Source: Octopus vulgaris
Lineage: Eukaryota
NCBI GenBank assembly: GCA_951406725.2
Contig: OX597815.1
Coordinates: 94,116,001 to 94,180,000 of the forward strand
DNA: 64,000 bases
Direction: 5' to 3'
A model generated the notes under the pieces. The model worked only from the letters and a program-made list of their open reading frames with translations. It had not been told where the DNA came from and made no database searches. A program made the translations under genes and the position numbers. Positions within the stretch are counted from its first letter, which is position 1. Each line of letters begins with the position of its first letter. Below, piece after piece: positions 39,272-54,089 of the stretch.

Positions 39272-40104
39272 ATGTATGTATGTATGTATGTATGTATGTA
39301 TGTATGAGAAGAAAAAGAGGGATGAAAAATCCAGGCTGATCTAACAAAATATAAATCTAACAAAATAGCTTTTGTTAGATTATATTTCTTAACGTTCTTT
39401 TTGTATGCGTTCGTGTACTGGAGATATTTTCTTGGTTCACTTTGAATTTAATTAATTTTGGATCGCCTTGAAAATGTTGTGTATAAAATATAGGCAAGAT
39501 GGTCTCAGCTGGAACATTTGATCATGGGTGCGCTTGATTTAATTTTATCAGGATTTGAACATCAACACTAACAACAACAACAACAACAACAGCGCAACGT
39601 CTATACAGTCACTTGACCGTATGGAAATAACAGCCATATCTCCTTCAAATTACATACTACTTTCTTTAAACAGAAAGGAAACACAACGTATCTAGGATTA
39701 CATTATCTATGTCTCAAACGAGGGGCAGATAAATTGCTGTGTTTATTTATATTAAGATAATTTTGATATTTTCTTAACGTCTCCAGTAGCATACCAAAGA
39801 AGCGAAAATTATATGGAGGTAAACTCTATTTTGCATTTTCATTAATAATGAATAGGAGAGGGACGAAAACTTTCACTATTTTGATAGGGTAGCCTGAAAA
39901 GTGGGATGTAAGTAGGGCGGATATTTATCAGTTTGGGAAGCACTAGTCTTAGCTTTACGTGGAGATATCTATTACGTATCTATTACATACATCAACAACA
40001 CCAGAAACAACAACAATAACAACAACAAACGGTAACAGCATGAATATAATTTTACAGCATAATCAACGGCTTCCAATCTGCTTAACAAAACAAAATTCGA
40101 CACA

Positions 40105-40171
<67 letters not shown>

Positions 40172-40709
40172 ACACACACACACACAGAATTCACCCCCTA
40201 AACAATACTTTTCGCCCCATCACATGTTGTATGCAGACCACGCCCATATGTCACATTATATAAAATTAAGAAAAATATTCAAAACTTAAGACCACCTGGA
40301 TATACCAGGGGACAGAGTACCAAGCACTGTATGTGGCATCCCCCCCCCGCGAACAGACAGACACGCACACATCATACATGCACTTATATATGCACACATA
40401 CATGTATGTGTGTATATATATATACATGCATATGTGTGTGAGAGTGTGTGTGCATTTATGCATGCAAACGTACATGCCAGCATACATGAATATATACATA
40501 CACACACCCACACCTACATACATATATATGCACACATACAGATGCTGAAAATGGCTACGAAATTTTTCTCAACTCATATTCTACTCTCTTTGAACAGGAA
40601 GGAAACGGAGATTCAAGAAATTCATTACCTTAAACCTGAAATTAAGATGAATGAACACAGATGGAATGCTCTTGATCATAGTTTTGCTTAATCGAAGTTG
40701 ATCTTAGTT

Positions 40710-40768
<59 letters not shown>

Positions 40769-41232
40769 ATCTTACTTTCTTAAAAAAAAAAGGAGAAAAG
40801 TTACATGTGTCAACAATTTTTGCTAGTCTGTACCTTAAATAGGAGTTAAACATAATTCAACCATTGCTGATCATAGAACTTCTGTGTTAGGTCTGACCCG
40901 GGGCTAAACAACTACAAGAGTATCAACTACCGCAACATCATCATTAAATTACTATTACACCCATTCAGTCTAACCAGTAAACACATGCACATACACACAC
41001 GCGCGCGCACACACACATCATCATCATCGTCATCATGTCCAGTAACATCATTAGCTCTTAAATATTACACTGAAGTTCAATATAATCAGACAGTGCAGAG
41101 GAGAAGCAATCGTCATACTACACCTTGCTAGCCTCTACTTTGATCATCAATGGAAAATTCAAACATGCAAAACCATACACAAAATTTTTTTGGATTATTT
41201 TCTTCGTTCTCTTCAGACCTTTACTCTTTCCT

Positions 41233-41267
41233 TTTTCTGACGAAGAGCCATGCTCGAAACGTCACCT
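41233..41267 (+). ncRNA. Minimal hammerhead motif (PLE type)
   Basis: CTGACGA-a-GAGC-cat-GCTC-GAAA-cG-TC; stem I decayed. Confidence 0.6.
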
Positions 41268-42763
41268 ACCCCACTTTTTTTCCACCTTGAACTGAGCGTC
41301 AACCTAATACATTCACTGTTTATGTCCTATTGACTTTCGTTGCTATGTTTCTCTTTTCATTTTTCGATTTTTCCACAACAATAGCAACAACAGCAACAAC
41401 AACAATAACAATGATTTCTTATTTACGCAGAAGATATACATTTTATAGAACTATGTGGTCGATTCGCTCGATACTCCTATCAGACTGTCATTTGGCTTTA
41501 TCAACATCCAGAATATCGAAAGCTAAAATCGAAACCAACAGGATTTTAATACAGAACTTAAACATGGGTTTCAATCCATTCCTCCCTTTACTCATTCTGT
41601 CAACAATAAAACATACCACAAGACAACCGAGATGTTTGCGCAAGTTAATTCGTAAGTTAATTTGTGTAACTTAATTCATTAATTGTGAAATGGAAGAACA
41701 CCAACTGTGCATGAAATTCTCCAGTGAAGATTTAAGAAAAAAAGAAAACACTAAAATATACAGCTTTTTCAGTCTATAGCCTATTTGTCAAAACCGATGG
41801 CTGCGTTTGTAGGGGATGTATTTTGCATAATTCAGGGAACAACTAGAGCGCCAGCAGTAAAACTATTCACTAACATCATTCAACTCATTTTCCGCCTTTT
41901 TTTCAACAGTAGCGGCGGGAAAACGAACTGAAAACATATTGCTGGAAGGTCTATCTGTCTTGACAAAGATAACACAAGCAGCAATAACTACAGTTCTTAT
42001 TGTATTTGTTGGTGAATTTGAGAACATCGTACACCCACACGTACGCACACACACACACACACATGCATACATACACACACATACACATACACGCACGCAC
42101 ACACACCCGCACACACACACGCACACACACATTCAGACAGAAAACTACTTACAAGTAAGTAGTTGTCTGATGTTGCAGCTGCTTATGTAGTTGTCTGATG
42201 TTGCAGCTGCTTATGAAAAAGATAACCCTACACCACCATCATGAATGTAATTATCTCCATTATCATCATCACCGCGAAGACCTCAAGGACTACAGTTCCC
42301 TACCGTCATCTTCATCACAACATTAATAACAACTAATTCACCATCTTCAACATCGCCTCCATGATAGCTATAGTTACATCACCACTACTACTATCGCCAC
42401 AACTACAAGCATCACAAACACTATTAAACCCACCCTACTACCACTGCTAGCACCAGTACCAGTACCAACACCAATACTACCATCTATATCGCCGCCCCCA
42501 CCACTACTGCCGTCGCCATCACTGCCGGTGCCAACACTGCCAACACCACAAGTGTCCTGAAACCCATCACAAATCCCGCTACCGGCCTCCACCATCTAGC
42601 ACCGTCTTCATCACCATCATAATTCTTATCGTTGCTAATACAATAGCTGAAAAGTAACCACGCCCAGCATTTTATCGACTTGTGTCATACAATACTGCTT
42701 AAAACATCTTTTACCCTCTCCACCGTTATCGACAACAAGAATGATGACAACCTTAGTTGTTTC

Positions 42764-42906
<143 letters not shown>

Positions 42907-43454
42907 AGTAGATAGATAAATTGATAAGTGCTGTGTATGGGTGTGAGGGTGGGTTTGTGAGTGTGTGTATTTCTCGCACACGTATATGTAACGAACGAAG
43001 GTTTATAATGCAAAAATCATGAGTGTTCAGTATACGAAATAAAGTTATATAATTTTATATAAATATAGTTACTTGCTTCTGCAGTTGTCAACTGTGTCCA
43101 TCTAAACCTGCTTTGCCGAACGAGAAAAAAACTGTCTAGGAGCTGTGAAGGAGGTTATAAGTACTGTCTCACTGCATGTTGGGAAATAAACAGATTTTCC
43201 CGATTATTCGCACGGGAAAAAGTGGAAGAATTTGTGCAGTGACGCTAATCTCGGGATCAAACCGACATCACTTGATCTCTGGATTATCGTTCCCTAAATC
43301 TCAACTTGCATAAACCGGTTTGGCAAAATTTGAACCTGGAAAGGCGAGTTACTTAACGAGATTGTGTAAAGCCGCTCGGGAATCGCAGATGTTTTTCAGC
43401 ATAACATGTCAATGTTTATGTTTATTATTCAAGGTATTCTTCTACTTTTAAGAC

Positions 43455-43650
43455 GGTAGGATAACATTAACCTATCACCTGACGGTCTAATCCCAACCTA
43501 TAATCCCTGAGCAAAACCTACAATCTAGCATTCTGCGAATTCTGTTTCGCAATGACAGGAAAAGCGGACATAGAAAGAGCTAAAAATGACATCGCTACGA
43601 ATGCTCCAACACAACAGTCTACTTTTCCTTGTGGTAACTGTTCTGACATC
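43455..43650 (-). pseudogene. Degenerate 28S rRNA fragment (domain V region)
   Basis: gacggtctaatccca, gaattctgtttcgcaatgacagga, gacatcgcta, tgtggtaactgttctgaca match the antisense of conserved eukaryotic LSU sequence in the correct order. Confidence 0.8.
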
Positions 43651-43864
43651 TGTCGACGTATGTATAACTTGCCCTATTAGTTGTTATTTCTAACAGGTTG
43701 GATAACAAAGTAGAGACTCCCTCATTGCGTCCCCAAAATTTCATATGTCGCCATATATCATTGGCCAATGTCTGCGTCACTTTTATAACGATAACCGAAT
43801 TTCACTAACTACCACACGATTCATCTGACTTTTTCCTTCCAGTATTCCTATAGTCCTCTTCTCG

Positions 43865-44096
43865 AAGGCGGCGAGCTGGCAGAAACGTTAGCACGCCGGG
43901 CGAAATGCGTAGCCGTATTTCGTCTGCCGTTACGTTCTGAGTTCAAATTCCGCCGCGGTCAACTTTGCCTTTCATCCTTTCGGGGTCAATAAATTAAGTA
44001 CCAGTTCACTGGAGTCGATGTAATCGACTTAATCCATTTGTCTGTCTTTGCTTGTCTCCTTTGTCTTAAGCCCCTTGTGGGTAGTAAAGAAATATA
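43865..44096 (+). mobile_element. Full-length tRNA-derived SINE with 16-bp TSD
   Basis: A/B-box-like head; TSD tatagtcctcttctcg at 43849-43864 and 44097-44112. Confidence 0.92.
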
Positions 44097-44306
44097 TATA
44101 GTCCTCTTCTCGTCTCTTTTTCTTTCAGCAATTGTTACAAAAAAATACATATTAAATTCCGCTCCCCTCATACTCCTATAGATATTGTTTGACTCAAAGT
44201 TAGTCCTGATTGCATAAATCTGTGATCAAAACGCAGCCAACGTACAAACCAACTCACAAACTATATCAAGGTCTTCATTATCCAGTTAGTTTTTTAAAAA
44301 GATAGT

Positions 44307-44444
<138 letters not shown>

Positions 44445-45175
44445 TTAGCTGCAATTTTTAACCAGTTAAAAGCTTTCTCGTTGGCTCGCCAAAAAGAGGT
44501 TTCGACGGGCGATTAAAGTAATTTGTCTCGCTTGTTTCGCTAATTCTCATGAGATGGCCATGAGCGTCATAAATTTCTATCTCCACTTCCTCTGAAATAT
44601 AAGAAGGCCTTTGTACTTTCTGTCAGCTGAATCTAATAATACGGTCGAGATTATGTCACAGTGATCCTCACCTTGTAGCCAGCTCAATGCAGTAATCCGC
44701 ATTAACTAAGCGATTCATTTTAAAATAGCTAGAATGTTAATGTAGAATTAATCTCTTTCTTTCTCTCATCCCCACACTCTAGTTTCATAATTAGAATTGT
44801 AATTATGTCGTTAGTCAATCATCATAGAAGCATGTCAGAGCTGGTTGTGCCATATCTGCGCAACCTACTTTTAAAACATTAGTCAATACTATAAAATAAC
44901 GTAGTTGTAGTAGACAATGTCAGCATAATCCTCCTCCTCCTTATCCTTAGTATCATTATCGCCGTCAATGTCGTCATCCTCGTCATCATCATCGTCAACG
45001 TCGTACTTTTGCTATTCATCATCATAGTTATCATCATAATCGTAGTCGTCATCACCATTTTCATTTATCGAAAGAAAACGTTTATTGTTATTTAACAATG
45101 TGTAGGCTCGTGTGGACAGAATCACCCCACCTAAACCAAAAGCATTCTAAACGTGACCCATCCGGCTGTTTAGAG

Positions 45176-45483
45176 TAGTGGTTCCCAAACTTCTTCACGC
45201 TGCCGCCCCCTTGGTTCTAAGGCCACATTTCTAGTGCCCCCACCCCACCACCACCACCACCACCACCACCACCACCACTTACCATCACAGATATAGACCA
45301 TTTTCTGCAGCAAATTCAAAACAACAGTATTTCACAAATAAAACTTAACCTAATTAACCCATTTTTTTTTACATCATTTGCCCTGTTTTGATCACTCCAT
45401 TATCACCCCATTTTTCTTCTGTGCCACCCTGGATCATTTCACCGCCCCCAGGGCAGCGGTGCCGCCCACTTTGGGAACCACTG
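45176..45483. mobile_element. hAT (Charlie-like) MITE with 8-bp TSD gtttagag
   Basis: (t)agtggttcccaaa ... tttgggaaccactg TIRs; TSD 45168-45175 and 45484-45491. Confidence 0.92.
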
Positions 45484-46229
45484 GTTTAGAGTGTATGTAA
45501 GCCTACATTTTGCTTTTCCTCTTTAAGATTGTATTTTGATATGAGGTATGATTCGCCTTGTAGATGGTGTTGGACAAAGTGTCTTGTGTGCAATATTGGA
45601 CCTATTGCCTTGTGGGCAGTGTTGGGCAAAATTCTTTGTGGCATTTGGTTAAGTCTCTCCCTGTTATCAGTCCAAATCTTGTAGCATTTTGCCTTTTATT
45701 TTTTAGGCACGATAAAAGAATAGCTAGTTAGGTACCGAGGGATATTTCTAAGTCGATTTTACCTCTGCACCCCACCTCAATATGTGTCTCCGTGTCAATG
45801 TTAGGAATTTATGGTTGTTTCTTAGGGTGGTTATTGCCATTCAATGATAATAACCACCTACTATAGTTGAGTAGCTGCTACTGCACGCAAATACACACAC
45901 ACACACACACACATGCACAAAGGGTGACACATAGTCGGACTTTGGGAGCGTTATACTGTCTATTAAGCATACTTCAGCTTGAAGTTTCGCTATCTAGAAT
46001 ATATTTTTAGATTGTTGTTTTCCTATTAATTCCTATTAATAGACTGAATTTTCAAAGTCTTTCGCTACACGTCTGCAGCCTTTACAAGAAGTTCTGGGTG
46101 ACTGAATTTTTCTGTCGGGGTGTCTGGGATTTAAACATTGTGGCTGCAGGGTTGCGGGTGCAAATGTGTGCACGTTCATGTATATATGAGTATGTATTAT
46201 CATGTTCTTGTGGTGTGTGTGTATGTGCA

Positions 46230-46260
<31 letters not shown>

Positions 46261-46406
46261 GTGTATGTGCATGTGTGTGTGTGTGTGTGTGTGTTAGTAA
46301 TTGTAATTGGTATGATACTGCGACTTTATGATAGTGAGGGGCCATTAGTATATATATGCGTGTATACAAGTATGTATGTATGTATGTATATATGTAAATG
46401 TGAGTG

Positions 46407-46474
<68 letters not shown>

Positions 46475-46819
46475 ATGCGGGTTTTAGTTCACTGGTGAGT
46501 TGTCAAACATTTAAACCAAATTTCCTCAAAATAACTTGTCCGACTGTCCCATAGGCCCCCCCTTTGAGAAATACTGATTTAACCTAAATTTGAGACACCA
46601 GCAAAAGACGGATTTCGACTGATATACTTGCGCGTACAAATGCACTTTCACACGGCTTTATCGATCGCATTCTCACCTGGAATCGATTTTTGTAATTTTT
46701 TCAAGATTTATACGCGCCCTGATACCGTCGGTATCTACGTATCAAATTTGAGCGCAATCGGATGGAGGATGCTCAAGATCCTAGAAGACACACATACACA
46801 GACAGACAGAACGGATTTT

Positions 46820-47295
46820 AGTGGAAAAAGGAAAAAAAACAAGGCAGGACGAGTATCTCAAGTCATATAGAATAACTGAATTAGTGTAAATCTGAAATCT
46901 TACGTCCCAAGTGATAGGCTAGCATGTCTGTACATTGGGTATTCCGTCATCAGACACAAGGTGAGTATGTTTGAAAGTTCTAGACAGGGAAATTCACAGT
47001 TTATAAAGGAATAAAATAGAAGAATAAAGAGTAAACTAGATAGAAGAATACAAACAGGAGAATATAGTTCACAGTTCATCTTTTTCCAGAGGGTATGGAG
47101 GTTGGTCCGAACTTCTGTGAAGGTATAGGCCCTTAGATATAATCCTAGGCAGTATTTTGGGAGTATTTTGAATGATGCGTTCATATTGAAGTAATTAGCT
47201 TTTATATATTTTCTGACGAGCTGTCCACAAGACTTTGGCTTTGTAGATGTGAAACCTTGGGTAACTCTATGTCCAAGATATAAAATTTTGTTGTA
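46820..47295. mobile_element. Probable PLE remnant with degenerate hammerhead at ~47205-47270(+)
   Basis: CTGACGA..GAAA-ccttggg-TA; a second CTGATGA on minus near 46947-46953; abuts (TA)n. Confidence 0.4.
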
Positions 47296-47338
47296 ATATA
47301 TATATATTATGTATATATATATGTATATGTATATATAT

Positions 47339-47410
<72 letters not shown>

Positions 47411-47414
<4 letters not shown>

Positions 47415-47879
47415 CACGGTTGAATATATAGAAAATATAAAAGTGAAAACACAGAAGGCTTGAGGTTAAAAAATATATATTTGAGTCAATATGTGGAAGC
47501 CCTTGTGCTAGAAGATTCGCTATGGTCTCAGCCACTAAGAATTGTTCTCCAGAAAATTTAGCACACCAGAAACGTAAGCGAGCAAGACAAATGAAAAATA
47601 ACAAAAATATAGATTAATCACAAACAATTGTTTCACTATCAATAAATTACGTAATTTTACTTACACAATCTATCTGTAGATTGTCAGTGTGATCCTCTTT
47701 GCAAGATATAATTTGTAGAACTACACGCCAGATATCAACACGAGGTCGAAAATGCATACAGTTCCACCTATTATATTTGCAGTTATTTTCAAAAGTCTTC
47801 GTTTAGGTGCGCTAAATTACCAGAAATAAATACTGCATAAATAATTCACTGCAGCAGTTTTCGCCAGTTTGAGAACGTA

Positions 47880-47886
<7 letters not shown>
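47411..47886 (-). mobile_element. PLE pLTR related to 15400-15856, hammerhead at 47617-47693
   Basis: atcaca-CTGACAA-long stem II-GAAA-caattg-TT-tgtgat on minus; shared flank ttttcatttgtc(c/t)tgctcgcttac. Confidence 0.75.
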
Positions 47887-47942
<56 letters not shown>

Positions 47943-47989
47943 TACATATATACATATATATATATATGTGTGTATATATATGTATGTAT

Positions 47990-49889
47990 ATGCACACACA
48001 CACACATACATACATACACCCTTATACATACACACACACATACCTACATACTCCTATACGCACATACATACACACAGACATACACACATACACACTCACA
48101 CAAACATACACACACACATACTTACACACACACTCACCTGCACGCGCACACACATGCATGACAAACACTCATACACTCACACTCACATACGCACACACCA
48201 ACATAAACACGCACACGCACACACACACCTACACTCCCACACACATACACACGCACCTACATACACACACGCACGCATACACACGCATACACACATACAT
48301 TACACACGTACACACACACCTACATACACATGCATACACACACACACACAAACATGCACGGACACACCCAGACATACATACATACACCTATATACACACG
48401 CCTACACACCTACATACACACGCATATACACACGCCCACACAGCTACATACACACACATACATACACACATACACGGACACACCCATACATACTTACATA
48501 CATACACCTATACACACACGCCTACACACCTACACACACACATGCACACACACACATGTACGCACATACACACACATATACGCACACACATATATACCCA
48601 CACACATGCACACACACACACATACGCACATACATGCACGCATGCACACGCGCACACCTACACGCATACACACACACACACACGCACGTACACATACATA
48701 CATACACACACGCATACATACACCCATACACATACATGCATCCTACACACACATACATACACACTCACACATACATACACACACACGCACTCACTCACAC
48801 ACCTGTATGTTCGCGCACACACATGCACATACACACACTTCCCCACACCCACACGTACATACATACACACTCATACACACATACACACACACACACACAC
48901 ACGGACATACATCTATGCACACACATATATACACACATACTCACATACATTCATCGGACACACTGCCACCCAGACATACACACAGACACACTCACACATC
49001 CACACGCACACATACGTACGCGCACACTCGCAGGCTCGCGCACACACGCGTTTGCGCCGGTTCGCGCACGCATGCGCCCCGCATGCACCTCGCCCTTGGA
49101 CCCGACGAGACCTCCCGCCCGTTCCTGGGATGTCGCTTGTCGTTGGGTTTTCCCACGCCCGTCTCCGCGGGACCACTCTTCCATCTTCCCCTCCGCTGGA
49201 GTCCTTTTCCTAACCCCCCCCCTTTTTTTTCGTTACACACACGCGCACACATATACACACATTGCTTAAACATATACATCACTCTTACACACATTCAATC
49301 TACTCGCCACTAATACTACCACGACACTGGACACACACACACACTACTACTCAACACACGCTGGCACGCTACATACGCCCCCACCCCTTCCCCTCCCTCC
49401 CTTCCTCCTTCCTCCCTTTTCTCACTACTGACCTTTGTCTGCTATGCTGCTGCTATGCTGACCACCGTCTCGCCCTACCTCACACGCCTACACACAGACG
49501 CACACACTAACACATACATATATTTTTTGTTTTTTTACCTCGCCTCACACACACACATACACACACGCACACGCACACACTCACACATACACACACATCT
49601 GTTGCGTTACCAACCTTGTCTCCACTCTTTTGCCTTTAAAAACCCACTTTGCTCTTGTTATCGTAAACATCCGCCTTTCACCATGTGCTACTCCTAACAC
49701 CAGCCGTTTTTTTCTCTATCTCCGTTGCCCGCTCCGGGATCTTTCTTTCCTCTCTCTTCCTTCTTTATGTTTCCGACGAAGAGCTCCGCTCGAAACGTCA
49801 TACCTCCCTGCTTCCATTTCCTGAGCGCCTATTAATAATAATACTGTAATTGTTCCATTGTTGTTGTTTTTTTGTTTCCCGTTTGGATT

Positions 49890-49895
<6 letters not shown>
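47990..49895 (+). mobile_element. Degenerate (CA)-rich tract ending in a PLE pLTR with hammerhead at 49769-49803
   Basis: gttt-CCGACGA-a-GAGC-tcc-GCTC-GAAA-cG-TC-atac; 3' end abuts (TA)n. Confidence 0.6.
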
Positions 49896-49953
<58 letters not shown>

Positions 49954-49992
49954 GTATATATATGTATATATATATGTGTATATATATATATA

Positions 49993-50092
<100 letters not shown>

Positions 50093-50149
50093 GCGTATGT
50101 CTGTATGTATATTTACTAAAAACACAACTTAAAAGTGTATTCTACAGGT

Positions 50150-50655
50150 AGGTCATAGGTAATGACACACGGGTGAATTATATCGACAATCATTAACTAC
50201 ATTTTGAAAACTCCTTGGAACGAAAGGGGCACGCATAGAGTGTCCAAACAAGCTTCAAAATATATGTAATTTAGTATTTCAAAGTCAACATGGTTAAGCT
50301 TCTTCAGAGTATGGGCAGAGAATCGGAATCTGAAGAATTATGAAGAAAGAGTTTGATAATTACTAGGGTTCTTATGAGAACTAAGGGTATTTTATGGCCT
50401 GAGAACAAAACAAACGTGGAGATTTATGGACACATTCTTTTCATGCCTGTTATTGTTGCTCAACGCAGAGTAAGCTTTGCTGGCCACTACTATCAATGGG
50501 CCATATCAGACATTAAAATTTAGAAACTTCAGCGCCCTAGTAGTGGAGGAAAAATCACACAACTACATCAATGTCATTGACAGAGACACATAACTTGAAA
50601 TAGGTGTCAGAGATTCCTGGCGCGGTCTTATGAAACGTATATCTCGGTCGCGTTC
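50150..50655 (+). mobile_element. RTE-type LINE RT C-terminal remnant
   Basis: GILWPENKTNVEIYGH..VIVAQRRVSFAGHYY. Confidence 0.6.
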
Positions 50656-50664
50656 GGTCGCTTG

Positions 50665-51870
50665 AGGAAGATATTTTGAAGTCTTGCATTTTGGATTCAT
50701 CTTTATCGGAGTGCTGCTCTTTTTGAAAGTTTTCCCTCACTTTATTTACACCAACATGAGCATTCCATATTAAATATTCCCATTTTCTGTGCTATGCTTT
50801 TTGGGCACTCAGAAATCTATTTTGCAAACACATTTATAAACTGTAAGTCTGGTAGAAATATTCAAAAAGTTAAAGTCCAGTGTGTCTACTTATCCTAACA
50901 AGCACATTTTGCTGGCTTCTTCAAGCAAATGAGATTTTAATGAATTAAAATGTCCTGGAATTTTGGAATTTTATCAGATAGAAAGAATACTAATGTAGTC
51001 AGCTGAAGTTTTCATCATTCCACCCACCTGAATTCTTTTCTAAATGCATTGGTATGAACGGAAAACGAAGTTCATTTGTAACAGCTAGCAATCCACTTTT
51101 AAAAGCCTTTATCACTTTCAATTCCAGATCTGATTTAAAGGATTCATTTGCTATCTATTTTCTATCGTTAAATCCATCAAATCTTTAAATAAGCATTTAT
51201 AAAGAGCTTCGCTTTCCCCATTTGTTAATAATTAAGCGAGAAGATAAGTTCTAAAATTTTCGGATCCGACAGGGGATATGAATATAGTTGATAGAATATA
51301 ATGAGGACAGCTTAAAACGCCACCCATTATCCGAGGTGAAACATGCACTAATTTCTCTACGTTAGATTTAGTGAGTCTATCTTCTTCGACAGTCAAATCT
51401 TTAAAATATTTCATCATTTAATGTGTTTTGAAACTTCGGAGAAATTTCTATGTGAAGTGACTTTGATTCAGAAAACTGCTAAGTTTCTTGAATTCTTGTA
51501 TTCTTGATGCAGGGTCTTTTGAATATAAGCATGGTATTATGTGTGGAATTGCAGAATACATATACAATTGAATAATTTGGTCGGGATGATTTCTTGTGGC
51601 TCTTTTGCCTACGTTTTCACTTCTATGATCTCAGAGTCATGTTGCACTTCAGTTTGAAAAATGATTGTGGTGTGCACAATTCTAAAAGCATTTAATTTCA
51701 ATTTGAAGGTGAGTTTATTGCTTAGCAGTTGCATTTAAGCGATTTTGTGTTTAGCAGCACCAATAGTAATTTAGTTTCAAACTTCTATCTCACACCATTA
51801 AATAGCCTCTTACATTTAATCTTAGTATTTCTGCGAAGGAACAACTTCAGAGATCATCTTTGCTCTGTGT
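50665..51870 (-). pseudogene. Degenerate MuDR/MULE transposase with FLYWCH domain (Ricksha-like)
   Basis: EVVPSQK..VRGYLMV..NYYWCC; DLTVEEDRL..TKSNVEKL; PVGSENFRTY; GESEALYKCLF; NAHVGVNK..FQKEQ; NARLQNI. Confidence 0.85.
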
Positions 51871-52544
51871 TACGTATACAGTAAGAAAGTAGCGGTAGGT
51901 TCATATTACTAACGATTCAATGCGATATAAAACAGCAAATGTCATACGACTTGTGGAAGTACAGAATAGAATTAGCAATGCATACAAGAATAAATTGATT
52001 TCAACATACAGGATTATAGTGTTCGGAATTGTGTCTTCTGAGATTATGATCGGAAATCCAATGAATGTATGCCTCGTATCAAAATTATCTTTACATGTTA
52101 CAATAGTCTAGTAAAGTTTGTAACGTAGCCGAAGTTTACCTTCCTCGCCTTTCTTCTGAGCGTAAACCAATAAGACAACTTCTAAGTGATCACTTGATTT
52201 CCTAGAAACAGCAGCCAAATCACTCTGGAATAATATACTCAAATATCTCGAAAAAGGAAGGATGCATTGCAGTCCTGGAATTACAATTACTGAAAAGTAG
52301 ACGTAATTATTATGATTGGAATACTTTTGATCATATACATGATATACCAAACCTGATCTTTGATTAAAAAACAACGGAACAATATAATGGGCTACTAGTC
52401 GCTTTTAGGGAAGTTTGATTGATAACGGAGTGATTCTGTTTTGCTATTCATTTTTATTTTTCCAGTTATGGTTAGTGGTGGTGAGGAATTTTATATTAGA
52501 TGCTAAAAACTTTTGGTTTTATCACAGGGTATTTCGAATAGTTT

Positions 52545-52803
52545 GTGGAGGCGCGTGGCTTAGTGGTTAGGGTGTCAGTACCACGATCGTAAGATTGTGG
52601 TTTCAATTCCTGGACCGGGCGACGCGTTGTGCTCTTGAGCAAAACACTTCGTTTCACGTTGCTCCAGTTCACTCAGTTGGCAAAAATGAGTAACGCTGTG
52701 ATGAACTGGCGTCCCGTCCAGCTGGGGAACACATACGCCATAGAAACCGGGAAACCGGGCCCATGAGCCTGGCTAGGCTTTAAAAGAGCGCAAAAAAAAA
52801 AAA
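52545..52803 (+). mobile_element. Full-length tRNA-derived SINE with A-tail
   Basis: gtggaggcgcgtggcttagtggttaggg..ggtttcaattcc; body gaactggcgtcccgtccag; poly(A). Confidence 0.9.
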
Positions 52804-52809
52804 GAATAT

Positions 52810-54065
52810 CGGATAGTTAACCATTACAGCCCTACTGAATCTTGCAAATAATTCTTGCAGTTCCAAGCAATGCTGATTTTTGTAGGTGTTCTACCTTCAA
52901 ACGTGCACCAATCTTTTTCAGTCATGTTGGTAGTTGAGTGCTGATACTTCCAAGTGCACCAATTACTATTGGTATCAAGTCTACTCTCTTCATTACTATC
53001 AGTATCACGTCTAGTCTCTTCGTATTTCCCACTTCAAATCGTCATAGTTGTTTATTTTTTATTTTTTCACATTGATCCTCTTGTCACCGGGGCATGCTAT
53101 GTCGATTATCATACATGTTCTGTCTTTTTTATTCACCACGACAATGTCCGGTTTCTGATGTCCGGTCGGGTGATCGCACTGGATCATTGCATCCCACAGG
53201 ATTTTGCAATTCTCATTTTCGGTGACTCCCTCTGGAGTCTTCTCATACCATTTCTTTGTTCTTTGTAGGGCGTGGTTTCCACAGAGTTCCCTATGGATAA
53301 TTCTTGCCACATCGTCATAGCGTCTTTTGTATTTGCGTTGAGCTAATTTCGGGCATTGACCAACGATGTGCCATACCGTTTCACCCCTCTCACCACACAT
53401 TCTGCATTTGTCGCTATCGGTAGTGTTGTCTATTCTGTACTTCTTATATTTGGTCCTCAACGCTTGTTCCTGAGCTGCGGTCACTCCTCCCCATCCATAG
53501 CCACTGGTCCTCTGTATCTGTCTCTTGGAAACTCTGTCCACATCTCTTGGAAACTGACTGTACATTTTCTTTTCCTTCCGTGCTTCTTTTTTTCATTTCT
53601 TGTTTAAATTTTTCTTTCTTACACAATTTTCAGTTTTGGTGACGCCGGCCTTCTTCATGTGTTTCAACAGTGGCTCCACAGCATTTTATATATTACAACC
53701 CTAAGCTGTTTTTCTCCTTTTCGATGCAGTTCTGGCAATTGATCAAACTTCTCCCACCCTTTCTTCTGGACAAGTACAGCCTATCGGTGTCACTCTTAGT
53801 TGTGAAAGGCTCCGTATACTGTCAACATTTTCTGGTCATGATATCCATTTTATTCACTTCTCTCTTTTGCCATTTTATAATTCCCGCTCCATGCCGAAGT
53901 GATACTATCGCTCACGTATTAACTGCTTGGATTTTATTTCATCCAGTCAATTTTGAGCGGAACACCAACCCCAGTCTTTGGAAATACTCCATCCTCGGTT
54001 ATTCTTTCATTTCCTTTACGATTATCTCGTTGAACCCTAATACACTAACTCTTTCATTTCCTTTT
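52810..54065 (-). mobile_element. R4/Dong-like LINE 3' part (CCHC finger plus restriction-like endonuclease)
   Basis: AAQEQAL..CRMCGERGETVWHIVGQC..KILWD..KPDIVV..IIDIACP. Confidence 0.9.
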
Positions 54066-54089
54066 CCATAATTTCGTTGAACGACAAAA

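Noticed and set aside
42230-42630. Gly-rich or Pro/Thr-rich ORF
   Set aside because: Decayed (CCA/CAT)n trinucleotide tract without splice or domain support
47966-49313. Long His/Thr-rich ORFs (327-433 aa) in all three frames
   Set aside because: Translation of a degenerate (CA)n tract that cannot contain stop codons
50530-50548. CTCF-like motif
   Set aside because: Spacing off by one base and located inside a LINE remnant
52545-52620. tRNA-like sequence
   Set aside because: SINE head with body and A-tail, multicopy in the window; not a tRNA gene
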